Source: a virus
DNA: 64,000 bases
Virus record (IMG/VR): IMGVR_UViG_3300002835_000026
Direction: 5' to 3' (one strand)
Shown: positions 38,001 through 47,000 of the stretch, in pieces
How the letters are laid out: every line of letters begins with the position of its first letter
Position numbering within the stretch: the first letter of the stretch is position 1
The notes under the pieces: model-generated
Databases searched by the model: none
Seen by the model: the letters and a program-made list of their open reading frames with translations, nothing else
What the model was told of the DNA's origin: nothing
Position numbers and translations under genes: made by a program

Positions 38001-39178
38001 TCTATTTTTTGACCATTTAGTAATTCTTCTACTCTATCAATTAAATAAGAATCTTTTGAATTACCATTAACTGCGTAGAATTTTTTATTATATAAATTAG
38101 CTTGTTCTAAAGCGTCTGATATTACATATGTTCTTTCTTCAAAACCTTGACCACCATGAATTCCAATTGGATAATCAACACTAATAACAGTTTCAACTGA
38201 TGGTAATTCTAACCATCTAGATAATGTACCTCCATTAGCTGTACCAATTTCTACTACTACTTTAGGTTCATGTCTTGCGACAGTTAATTGTAAATTTTCA
38301 ATTTCTAAAGCAATTTGCATTGAACCTTCTTTTCTTAATTTAGATTGAAGCTTTAATGGTAATCTATTAAATGTATTTCTAAAGAAAATTTCATGTCTAT
38401 AAAATTCTATAGGAAACTCATCTGATATTTCTTTATAGTGTTTAGTAGGACACTCTGGTCTTTCAAAAATATCAGTACCATTGTATATACGTTGTTTAAT
38501 TTTTTCTAAATTAGAATATTCAGGTGTGTTATATTCTCTATGAGAAAAATTTAAAATTTTAGTTTGTATTTTTTCTGGTGTCATAAAAAATGATAAATGA
38601 TATCCTCCATTTTCTATATTAGGGCAATTAAAAGCATATTGTCTTAAATCATTAAACATGTTAACTTCTTTTAAAGTACTATTATTTATCCCTACAGAAG
38701 CAAAACAATCTATTAATAATTCAGTTAATGGAGAATAATAAAAAGTTTTCATTTTAAATGAGACCGCTTCTAATGTTTTATCTTTTACAATATTCCAAGC
38801 GTTATCAAATAATTCTTTTTTAGGAAATTCGTCAACTCCTGAAAGAAGAATAAAGCAATCATCATCTGATATTTCTAATGCTTTTTTTCGTAGACATTCT
38901 ATTTGTTGTATTTCTAAATGCCATTTGTCTTCTATACTTTTATTTAAATCATCTTCTGTTGGTTCATACACAACATAATGAATTTTATCTTTATACTCAT
39001 CAAATAGATAACTATTTGAAGAATATGTTAATTCTTTAAGATTACCTGTTGTTGTTCTTGTACTTTCAGCTATAACAAAATATTCAACTGAGTCATTTAG
39101 ATAATCTAATCTCATTTTTAACATTTCTAATTCATCATTGAAAAGAAAAGTATCAATTACTTTATAATTTTTATTCAT
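35030..39178 (-). CDS. Five-domain glycan-modifying enzyme: GT17-like + SAM methyltransferase + GT2 + GT4 + GT-A-like
   Basis: GT17-like: DTFLFNDELEMLKMRL...FVIAES...GGYHLSFF. Methyltransferase: VEIGTANGGT...FLFIDGDHTYEGVKGDF. GT2: LVVPIYNN...LNSDA...LDEGFGLGYSDD. GT4: VPHGID...RKG...YPSRGDSFGMTILEAIACGLP. Final GT-A-like: LLTSFNRS...IVDNS...FTDQD. Confidence 0.88.
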   Translation of the reverse strand: MNKNYKVIDTFLFNDELEMLKMRLDYLNDSVEYFVIAESTRTTTGNLKELTYSSNSYLFDEYKDKIHYVVYEPTEDDLNKSIEDKWHLEIQQIECLRKKALEISDDDCFILLSGVDEFPKKELFDNAWNIVKDKTLEAVSFKMKTFYYSPLTELLIDCFASVGINNSTLKEVNMFNDLRQYAFNCPNIENGGYHLSFFMTPEKIQTKILNFSHREYNTPEYSNLEKIKQRIYNGTDIFERPECPTKHYKEISDEFPIEFYRHEIFFRNTFNRLPLKLQSKLRKEGSMQIALEIENLQLTVARHEPKVVVEIGTANGGTLSRWLELPSVETVISVDYPIGIHGGQGFEERTYVISDALEQANLYNKKFYAVNGNSKDSYLIDRVEELLNGQKIDFLFIDGDHTYEGVKGDFELYEKFLAPTALVGFHDIINSYFHREANCFVSTFWEELKEKYGFVEFIYTQFLDQKSLPFFYEFTYNKGGFAGIGYIDYSKKKEDKPDLTLVVPIYNNVDDTINNVNITLGTSTIINQVILYSNGTEEEGNKKLEAFAATNPIIELYIKKEALGFVKAVNEAFKLAKNENIMCLNSDANLHSNWEELLLPLLKDKSNGLIGPVKVGDYILGCCSVIRKSVINKIGLLDEGFGLGYSDDVEISYRVQNNGYNLGYICYMDNNQWNPGVTFPLIHKQGESFKLLEPDKTSGIVKYNLSKCKKLMDSTQVKVLKDLPYKDIQKHLNLDEVIIIVNHSGDEFEKIRFDEEIIKVAHVYECTPSMNIDTLIKSLTNNKTANIIANNKPKLTWLAKYDDYASMGILSQRLLEQLDNNINLACKPIIGVTETKNQLVHNLLKKPLNTDLGIMFAYPDSIGHLDEFKTKVVYTGVDTTDEAGNFVVNGNKADFLLTPSNISKTRIQNMGVTKPIFVVPHGIDPKVFTYTPKIKEDKFKFLYVGECSDRKGIFHTLEAFIDLFKNNNNVELHIKSNDSMLFYNSQEVKNIIKDHKNIFWHISNDGHDKVMDLYRSCHAYVYPSRGDSFGMTILEAIACGLPTIATSEPGSTELIKDRYYNVSTKSVSVKNHPWFKGEWGEPNVKDLIKHMKHIYDNYDSIVKSGVLKENSDYVRENYSWEKIANDFEINILPKLLKPTKVLTLLTSFNRSHHIKNIINSLKDIQEPGIINDIYIVDNSNPENKEEILKVINENINNNFTVYSSEFNMGQRGAMLQMFDNMNIDDYDFIQFTDQDNLFNEPISTYCDILNTYPDRYVATGYMSKEHGELGWLETQFGNLCVKGSCRAGHMVMRAKDIKDMMPIHLDSQHNNPQVNSSWNAGLDWELTYWNPKSPGAQGKQNFILCVPGGVLHKGIDSTLYDWPVEENEYKLEELIELRKNKF

Positions 39179-39187
39179 TTTATATTT

Positions 39188-40036
39188 TTAATTATCATGG
39201 ATATTATTTAATTCTATTACACTATTATTTAAATGGTATTTTTTAATAGATTCACTTGTTGATAAAAATCTTTCAGAAAATCTATCTCCTCGTCTAGGTT
39301 CTATTATAATTTTTTCTCTATTTGGATATAAATCATTAGCTACATCTATCATACTTCTACTATGTCCTGAATTAACTATAAATCGTGATTTATTAGGATA
39401 ATTCATAGTATATATAATTAAACCTATAGCTTCTCCTAATGATATAAAATGTCTTTGGCATGTAGGAGCTACTTTAATTGGAGAATCTAGAGATAATGAA
39501 TTCCATATTTCAAATACATTTCCTGATGATTCAACAACATTAAAAAATCGAGCTATACTTCCTCCATTATTTAATACCATTCGTTCCGCTATTAATTTTG
39601 AAGCTCCGTATACAATTTCAGGATTACAAGATTTACAAGTAGAAGTTAATATAATTTTACAATTAAGAGGCATACAATCTATTAAATTTTTTGTTCCTAT
39701 AGTATTAATAGATAAAGTTTCCCAAGTTTCATGTTCACCTTTAGGAGCATGTTTCGCTCCAGCAATATTAATAATAATATTAGGTTGAAATTTATTTAAT
39801 ATTGTTTTGACTTGATTAAAATCAGTTATATCCATATACTCCATATCTCCTTCTATATCAGTAGCTAAATAAGATACTTTATCTTTATCAAATTTTTTAC
39901 AAAGTGCAGTTCCTATACTTCCATTAGCTCCTGTAATAAGAATTTTTTGTTTTTTATTTTTTAATTTAATATTAAGTAAATCAATATATTGATTTCGTCC
40001 TAATACTTTTTCTACATCATTATAACTTATTTTCAT
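39188..40036 (-). CDS. NDP-sugar 4,6-dehydratase/epimerase (CapD/PglF-like SDR)
   Basis: ITGANGSIG, AGAKHA, YGASK, RFFNV..SSG.V and PRRGDRFSE motifs. Confidence 0.85.
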   Translation of the reverse strand: MKISYNDVEKVLGRNQYIDLLNIKLKNKKQKILITGANGSIGTALCKKFDKDKVSYLATDIEGDMEYMDITDFNQVKTILNKFQPNIIINIAGAKHAPKGEHETWETLSINTIGTKNLIDCMPLNCKIILTSTCKSCNPEIVYGASKLIAERMVLNNGGSIARFFNVVESSGNVFEIWNSLSLDSPIKVAPTCQRHFISLGEAIGLIIYTMNYPNKSRFIVNSGHSRSMIDVANDLYPNREKIIIEPRRGDRFSERFLSTSESIKKYHLNNSVIELNNIHDN

Positions 40037-40646
40037 CTGTTAAAAAATTAAATTTAATTATTAAATTATTTAAATATTCTTTATTTATATTATTTCTTTC
40101 TAAACCTATAGTATTTTCTTTTAAAAATCTAGATGGAGATCCTATGTAAATATTTCCAGGTTCAATTTTAGAATTTTTAGTTACAATTGTTCCCATTCCT
40201 ATCATAGAATAAGCTCCTATTATTTTAAATTGATGACATATACTTCCTAATCCCATATTTACTCCTTCCATTATGTAACTATGCCCTCCTATTAATACAT
40301 TACAAGATAAATTAACTTTATTTTCTATAATAGAATCATGACCAATATGACTATTTCTTAATATAATAGTATTATTTTTTAATATTGTATTTCTTATTGT
40401 GCCTGCGTTTATAGTTACAAATTCTCTAACTATATTATTATTACCTATAATAACATTAAACGCACTATTAGTAAAATAATCTCTATGTTCTGGTGGTGTA
40501 CCTATAGAACAATAGGCTTCAAATCTATTATTATCTCCTATTATAGTATCTCCTGTAATGTAACAATAAGGACCAATATAATTATTTTCTCCTAAAGTAA
40601 CATTTTCTCCTATAATAGCTGTAGGATGTATTAAATTATTTTTCAT
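40020..40646 (-). CDS. LpxA-like left-handed beta-helix acyl/acetyltransferase
   Basis: Hexapeptide repeats; IHPTAII, IREFVTINAGT-like, SHIGHDS, GGHS and HQF motifs. Confidence 0.85.
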   Translation of the reverse strand: MKNNLIHPTAIIGENVTLGENNYIGPYCYITGDTIIGDNNRFEAYCSIGTPPEHRDYFTNSAFNVIIGNNNIVREFVTINAGTIRNTILKNNTIILRNSHIGHDSIIENKVNLSCNVLIGGHSYIMEGVNMGLGSICHQFKIIGAYSMIGMGTIVTKNSKIEPGNIYIGSPSRFLKENTIGLERNNINKEYLNNLIIKFNFLTDENKL

Positions 40647-41943
40647 TTATAATTTTTAAAACGTTTTCTAATTTAATTAAATTCATACATTCTTTTCTTT
40701 CTGGTTGTTGTAGGTCCATCCACCATCTTCTATTGTAATAATTTTTACCACAATTTTTTTCAATATATTTCACTCCAGGATGTTTAGCATGGTTATTATA
40801 GAATGGGGTTAAACAAATACCTACATTTGGTTTAACAGAAGAAGCAAAATGATGAAAAAATGTATCTACACTTAACCATAAACTTGATTCATCTATTAAT
40901 CCTGCTAACTCTGCTATTGATTTATCTAAAAATTTACTATCTACTCCACCAGGAGAAAATGACATTGGGAATTGATTATCATTACTTGAACCTACTTGTA
41001 TAACATGATATCCTAATTTTTTTAACTCAAATATTAAATTAAACCACCTAACTTCAACCCAGTCTTTATTTGAATCTTGATTTTGGATTCTAGCTGCTGA
41101 AGGGCAGATTAATACTAATGGTTTACCGGTTGTGTTTTCAAATTTAATTTTAGGACCTGTATAATTTAATATATCTTGAGATTCTCGATTTTCTCTATAC
41201 ATTTTAAAAAATGCTTCTATAATTGTAGGAGAATTATGAGCTGATCCATAAGAATAAACAAATTTTTTATATCCTCCAAATAATTCATCATTCCAAGATA
41301 TAAAACCTTTAATATTAATATGTTCTAAAGCAAATGGATAAATACAAGATACATAACAATCTTTACCTATTTTTTCTAATAATGGGTACGCCATAACATG
41401 ATCTCCTAATCCACCATCAACATGTATTATTCTTTCATAAAATAATGGATTAATTATTTTTTTATTATATCTTTCTGAGTCTGGTGTATTATCAGATGTA
41501 AAAGGGTATTTAGTTTTTTGAGTAATTAAATCTGCTATAAACCACCTTATAGATTGATATTTGGTATCATGATTAAGGTATAATAAATCACTAGTTTTTG
41601 CTAATAAATAAGTATTATTCAATGTATCCCACTCTTTAACGCCAAAATAACCATCATTTTCATCTATCAATAAACAATACTCTGTTTCAATGTTATATAT
41701 AAGTTCTATAGTAGATTGAAGTATATTACTTAAAGTAGGGTTAATAAAATAACTATGATAAGCTAAAGTTGTTAATTTATTTAGTAAATTTTGATTAGTC
41801 CAAGGAGTATATCCCTTACAATTAATTTGTAAAGTTTTAATTTGGGATTTAATTGGATCATTATGTAATTTATCTAATAAAGATATTAGTTTTTCTTCAT
41901 TTTCTGTATGAATTATAACTGTTATTTCTTTTTGTAACTCCAT
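40636..41943 (-). CDS. GT9 (heptosyltransferase-like) glycosyltransferase, paralog 2
   Basis: GGLGDHVMAYP...NKDW..RW..LI...IQVG...LAGLI...SVDTFFHHFA. Confidence 0.8.
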   Translation of the reverse strand: MELQKEITVIIHTENEEKLISLLDKLHNDPIKSQIKTLQINCKGYTPWTNQNLLNKLTTLAYHSYFINPTLSNILQSTIELIYNIETEYCLLIDENDGYFGVKEWDTLNNTYLLAKTSDLLYLNHDTKYQSIRWFIADLITQKTKYPFTSDNTPDSERYNKKIINPLFYERIIHVDGGLGDHVMAYPLLEKIGKDCYVSCIYPFALEHINIKGFISWNDELFGGYKKFVYSYGSAHNSPTIIEAFFKMYRENRESQDILNYTGPKIKFENTTGKPLVLICPSAARIQNQDSNKDWVEVRWFNLIFELKKLGYHVIQVGSSNDNQFPMSFSPGGVDSKFLDKSIAELAGLIDESSLWLSVDTFFHHFASSVKPNVGICLTPFYNNHAKHPGVKYIEKNCGKNYYNRRWWMDLQQPERKECMNLIKLENVLKIINEK

Positions 41944-41944
41944 T

Positions 41945-43279
41945 TTAGCTATTAGTTTTTAGTTTTATAGCTTTTAATATATCATCTACTTGGATTAGTT
42001 CTAAACTTTCTTTTCTTTCTGGTTGTTTAAAGTCAAATAACCATCTTCTATTATGATAGTTTTTACCACAATCTTTTTCTATATAAGTTACTTTAGGATG
42101 TTTTACATAATCATTATAAAAAGGAATTAAACAAATTCCTGTCTCTGGTTTTATTGAAGCTGCAAATGGATGTAAAAAAGTATCTACTGTTATCCATAAA
42201 CTGGCTTCTTCAATTAATCCTGCTAATTCAGGAATAGATTTATCTAAAAATTTTTCATCTACACCAGCTTGACAATAAGGAGAATTAGAATCAAATGATA
42301 ATGGGATTTGGTCATCTTTATGTGAACCGGTTTGAATAACATGATAACCTAATTTTTTTAATTCAAATATTAAATTAAACCATCTAACATCAACCCAATT
42401 TTTATTAGATTCAAATCCTTGTACTCGTGCTGCTGTGTTGCCTACTAAAACTATAGGTTTGCCTGATATATTATTGTATTTAATTTTTGGGCCGTTATAT
42501 TTCATAACGTCTGTTTTTTCTTTTGGTATATTATACATTTCAAATAATGCATTTACTAAATTGGGTAAATCATTTACTAAACCATAATCATAAATAAATC
42601 TATGATATCCTCCAAATAAATCATCATTCCAATCAATTAAACCCTTAGTGTCAATATGATCTAAAACAAATGGGTATATACTACTAACAAAACACTTTTT
42701 TCCTATTTTTTCTAATAGTGGATATGCCATAACATGGTCACCTAATCCACCATGTACATGAATTATTCGTTCATAAAATAAAGGATGATCTATTTTTTTA
42801 AAATATCGTTCTGAATCTGAGGTGTTATCTAGATTAAATTTATGCCTTGTTTTTTGACTAATTAAATCTGCTATAAACCATGTTATATGTTGGTAATTAG
42901 TGTCTTGATTACAGTGTAATAAATCCGTAGTTTTCGCTAATAAATAGGTATTATTAAGTATATCCCATTCTTTAACGTTAAAACATGTATTAGATTCATC
43001 TATTATTAAAACATAATTAGTTTTAATTTTATAAATAAGATCTATAAGAGATAATACAGGTGATGATGAGGTTGGTTGTATACTATAAAAAGAACTAGTA
43101 AGTGTTGATATTTTATCTAGTATAGTTGGATTAGTCCAAGGAGTAATACCTTTACAATTAACTTGTAAAGTATTAAATTGAGACTTTAAGGGATGTTGAT
43201 GTAATTGATTTAATAAAGTTAATAACTTAGTTTCATTCTCTGTATGAATGATAACTGTTATTTTATCATTTTTGGTCAT
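41945..43279 (-). CDS. GT9 (heptosyltransferase-like) glycosyltransferase, paralog 1
   Basis: GGLGDHVMAYP...NKNW..RW...LAGLI...TVDTFLHPFA; colinear with paralog 2. Confidence 0.8.
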   Translation of the reverse strand: MTKNDKITVIIHTENETKLLTLLNQLHQHPLKSQFNTLQVNCKGITPWTNPTILDKISTLTSSFYSIQPTSSSPVLSLIDLIYKIKTNYVLIIDESNTCFNVKEWDILNNTYLLAKTTDLLHCNQDTNYQHITWFIADLISQKTRHKFNLDNTSDSERYFKKIDHPLFYERIIHVHGGLGDHVMAYPLLEKIGKKCFVSSIYPFVLDHIDTKGLIDWNDDLFGGYHRFIYDYGLVNDLPNLVNALFEMYNIPKEKTDVMKYNGPKIKYNNISGKPIVLVGNTAARVQGFESNKNWVDVRWFNLIFELKKLGYHVIQTGSHKDDQIPLSFDSNSPYCQAGVDEKFLDKSIPELAGLIEEASLWITVDTFLHPFAASIKPETGICLIPFYNDYVKHPKVTYIEKDCGKNYHNRRWLFDFKQPERKESLELIQVDDILKAIKLKTNS

Positions 43280-43299
43280 AACTTAATTGTATTTACTAA

Positions 43300-43331
43300 T
43301 AAATATAATAACTTGGTTTTAGATATCCAAA
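43300..43331 (-). promoter_or_regulatory. Bacteroidota-type promoter for the glycosyltransferase operon
   Basis: TTTG-20 nt-TATATTTA. Confidence 0.7.
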
Positions 43332-43337
43332 TTTAAA

Positions 43338-44057
43338 TTAATTAAATTCAAATCTCCATTTAAATCCACCACCAGTTGATCCTGTAAATGAAGCAGTTGG
43401 TTCAGGACCTTGGGCCGCGTAATTAAGATTATAAGTAGTACCGTCGAGGATTGGGTTTATATTAAATATAGTTTGTTCTCCATTACCATCATTTGCATCA
43501 CAGAGTCCACGCATACTTCCAGTTAATACACTTCTATAATCACAATAAAAATCTAAAGTCCAATAACAATTTTGAACATTAGGTGTTTGATCTGTAGATA
43601 ATAATAGTGGACCAATAATATTAAGTCCTGGACCATTAAGATCTGCTTGGTAATCTGAAACTAAAGTAGTTGTTGTAAGTGAATCTGTAATTTTAAAAGT
43701 TACATCAGTTATAGTATCTGATCCTCCAAATAATACATCAATATCATATTGTACACTGTAATTAGGGAAAACACCTGGATCATTACCTTCACAGGTTCCT
43801 AGTAAATCATAAAATTTTCCAAGAGATTGAGTAGTATTTTGTTGTCTAGTACCACATAATCTATTAGCATAATTATAAGATCCACTAGAACCCCAACCTG
43901 TATAAGGATATGTATTATTACCATATGGTCCTTTAGGCCATGATTCTTTCATAAAAACACTAGCTGACACGTTAGTACCAGGAGTTAATCCTAAATTTGC
44001 TGAGTCAAGTACATCATTATATGAAATTGTACTTCCTGAAGATGGCGTTACTCCCAT
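43338..44057 (-). CDS. Fibre-associated protein (possible tip/adhesin)
   Basis: Starts 2 nt after the fibre stop; beta-rich composition; N-terminus MGVTPSSGSTISYNDV. Confidence 0.55.
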   Translation of the reverse strand: MGVTPSSGSTISYNDVLDSANLGLTPGTNVSASVFMKESWPKGPYGNNTYPYTGWGSSGSYNYANRLCGTRQQNTTQSLGKFYDLLGTCEGNDPGVFPNYSVQYDIDVLFGGSDTITDVTFKITDSLTTTTLVSDYQADLNGPGLNIIGPLLLSTDQTPNVQNCYWTLDFYCDYRSVLTGSMRGLCDANDGNGEQTIFNINPILDGTTYNLNYAAQGPEPTASFTGSTGGGFKWRFEFN

Positions 44058-44059
44058 AA

Positions 44060-47000
44060 CTATTTATTTTTAAGTTGTTCTTCTAAATTATTTACTTTAT
44101 CATTTAATTCTTGAATAGCTGCTACTAATAATGGTACTATTTTTTCGTATTGTACTGTTAAGTAATTTTCACCTGATTTACTAGTTGTATTTCCGTCATT
44201 ATCTAAAATATTAATATCAAAAGGAGCTGGTTTTACTACTTCAGGTAATACTTTTTGTAAATCCTGAGCTATAACACCAACTTGTCTTTCTGGGTGTTTA
44301 ATTTGCATTAAATTATCAGCTAATTCATTTTGGTAATAAGTTACTGCTCTTAATGAATTAACTTTACTTAAAGCATTATTAATTGGTTCTAGTCCTTTTT
44401 TAAGTCTTTCATCTGAATAGTAAGCTACTACATCACCTGCCGCGTAAAGAGCTCCAGATGAATATATATAATATCCACCTGACGTTTCAATATATCCTGA
44501 TACACTTAATGTTGTACCATTAAATGTCATGTTTTGTTCAGCATTTATTGTAGAAGAATTTACTGATGTTATAACACGGTTATCAGCAGCACCAGTATAA
44601 GATGTTATACCAGCACTTGCTCCTGATGTACCTGAAGCACCTGATGCACCACTTGTTCCTGAAGCACCTGAAGTTCCTGATGTACCTGATGCACCACTTG
44701 TTCCTGAAGCACCTGAAGTTCCTGATAAACCTGAAGTACCGCTTGCACCTGAAGCACCTGATGTACCTGATGCACCACTTGTTCCTGAAGCACCTGAAGT
44801 TCCTGATGTACCTGATGCACCACTTGTTCCTGAAGCACCTGAAGTTCCTGATAAACCTGAAGTACCGCTTGCACCTGAAGCACCTGATGTACCTGATGCA
44901 CCACTTGTTCCTGAAGCACCTGAAGTTCCTGATGTACCTGATGCACCACTTGTTCCTGAAGCACCTGAAGTTCCTGATAAACCTGAAGTACCGCTTGCAC
45001 CTGAAGCACCTGATGTACCTGATGTACCGCTTGCTCCTGATGTTCCTGAAGCACCTGATAAACCTGAAGTACCGCTTGCACCTGAAGCACCTGATGTACC
45101 TGATGTACCGCTTGCTCCTGATGTTCCTGAAGCACCTGATAAACCTGAAGTACCACTAGCTCCTGAAGCTCCACTTGTACCTGACGCACCTGATGTACCT
45201 GACGCACCTGATGTACCTGATGTTCCTGAAGCACCTGATGTTCCGCTTGCTCCTGATATACCTGATCCGGCTACTAAACTCCAATATGTTCCGTTTGTAG
45301 GGACTATGTTTTCACTTCCTAATATGTTTATATAAGAACTTCCATTGTATGAAACAACATTGTTTGGAATGTATGAAGTTCCAGCATTGTAAGCACCTAA
45401 CCAAATTAAACCTATACCTGAACGACCTGATGTACCTGAGGCACCTGATGCACCACTTGTACCTGAAGCACCTGATGTACCTGATGTACCTGAAGCACCA
45501 CTTGTTCCTGAAGCACCTGATGTACCACTTAAACCTGATGTTCCGCTTGCGCCTGAAGCTCCTGATGTACCTGATGCTCCTGATGTTCCTGATGCTCCTG
45601 AAGTTCCACTTAAACCTGAAATTCCTGATGTACCTGATGTTCCACTAGCACCTGAAGTTCCTGAAGCACCACTTGCCCCTGATGTTCCTGAAGCACCACT
45701 TGTACCTGAAGCACCTGAAGTTCCTGATAAACCTGAAATACCTGATGTACCTGAAGTTCCACTAGCACCTGAAGTACCACTTGTTCCTGATGCGCCACTT
45801 GTACCTGAAGCTCCTGAAGTACCGCTTGCACCTGATATACCAGACCCAGCTACTAATTGCCAATATGTTCCATTTGTAGGGACAACTCCTTCGCTTTGTA
45901 ATATGTTTATATAAGAACTTCCATTGTATGAAACAACATTGTTTGGAATATAAGTTGTAGCGCCATTATAAGCACCTAACCAAATTAAACCTATACCTGA
46001 GCGACCTGATGTTCCTGAGGCGCCTGAAGCACCTGATGTACCTGAAGCACCACTTGTACCTGAAGCACCGCTTGTACCTGAAGCACCTGATAAACCTGAG
46101 ATACCTGAGCGACCTGATGTTCCTGAAGCACCACTTGCACCTGAAGTTCCTGAAGCACCTGATGTACCTGATAAACCTGAAGTGCCACTTGCACCTGAAG
46201 CCCCTGATGTACCGCTTGCACCTGATGTTCCTGAAGCACCTGATAAACCTGATGTTCCTGAGGCGCCACTAGCTCCACTTGTTCCTGAAGCACCTGATGT
46301 ACCTGAAGCACCTGATAAACCTGATGTTCCTGAGGCGCCACTAGCTCCACTTGTTCCTGAAGCACCTGATGTACCTGAAGCACCTGATAAACCTGATGTT
46401 CCTGAGGCGCCTGATGCACCACTAGTTCCTGAAGCTCCACTTGTTCCTGAAGCACCTGATAAACCTGATGTTCCTGAGGCGCCACTAGCTCCACTTGTTC
46501 CTGATGCACCACTTGTTCCTGATGCGCCTGATGTACCTGAAGCACCTGATGTTCCGCTTGCTCCTGATATACCGGACCCAGCTACTAACTGCCAATATGT
46601 TGGGTTTGTAGGGACTATGTTTTCACTTCCTAATATGTTTATATAAGAACTTCCATTGTATGAAACAACATTGTTTGGAATGTATGAAGTTCCAGCATTG
46701 TAAGCACCTAACCAAATTAAGCCAATGCCTGAACGACCTGATGTTCCTGAAGCACCTGAAGCTCCACTTGTACCTGAAGCACCTGATGTACCTGATGCTC
46801 CTGATGTACCACTTAAACCTGATGTTCCGCTTGCGCCTGAAGCTCCTGATGTACCTGATGCTCCTGATGTTCCTGATGCTCCTGAAGTTCCTGATGCTCC
46901 TGAAGTTCCACTTAAACCTGAAATTCCTGATGTACCTGATGTTCCACTAGCACCTGAAGTTCCTGAAGCACCTGATGTACCACTTGCACCTGATAAACCT

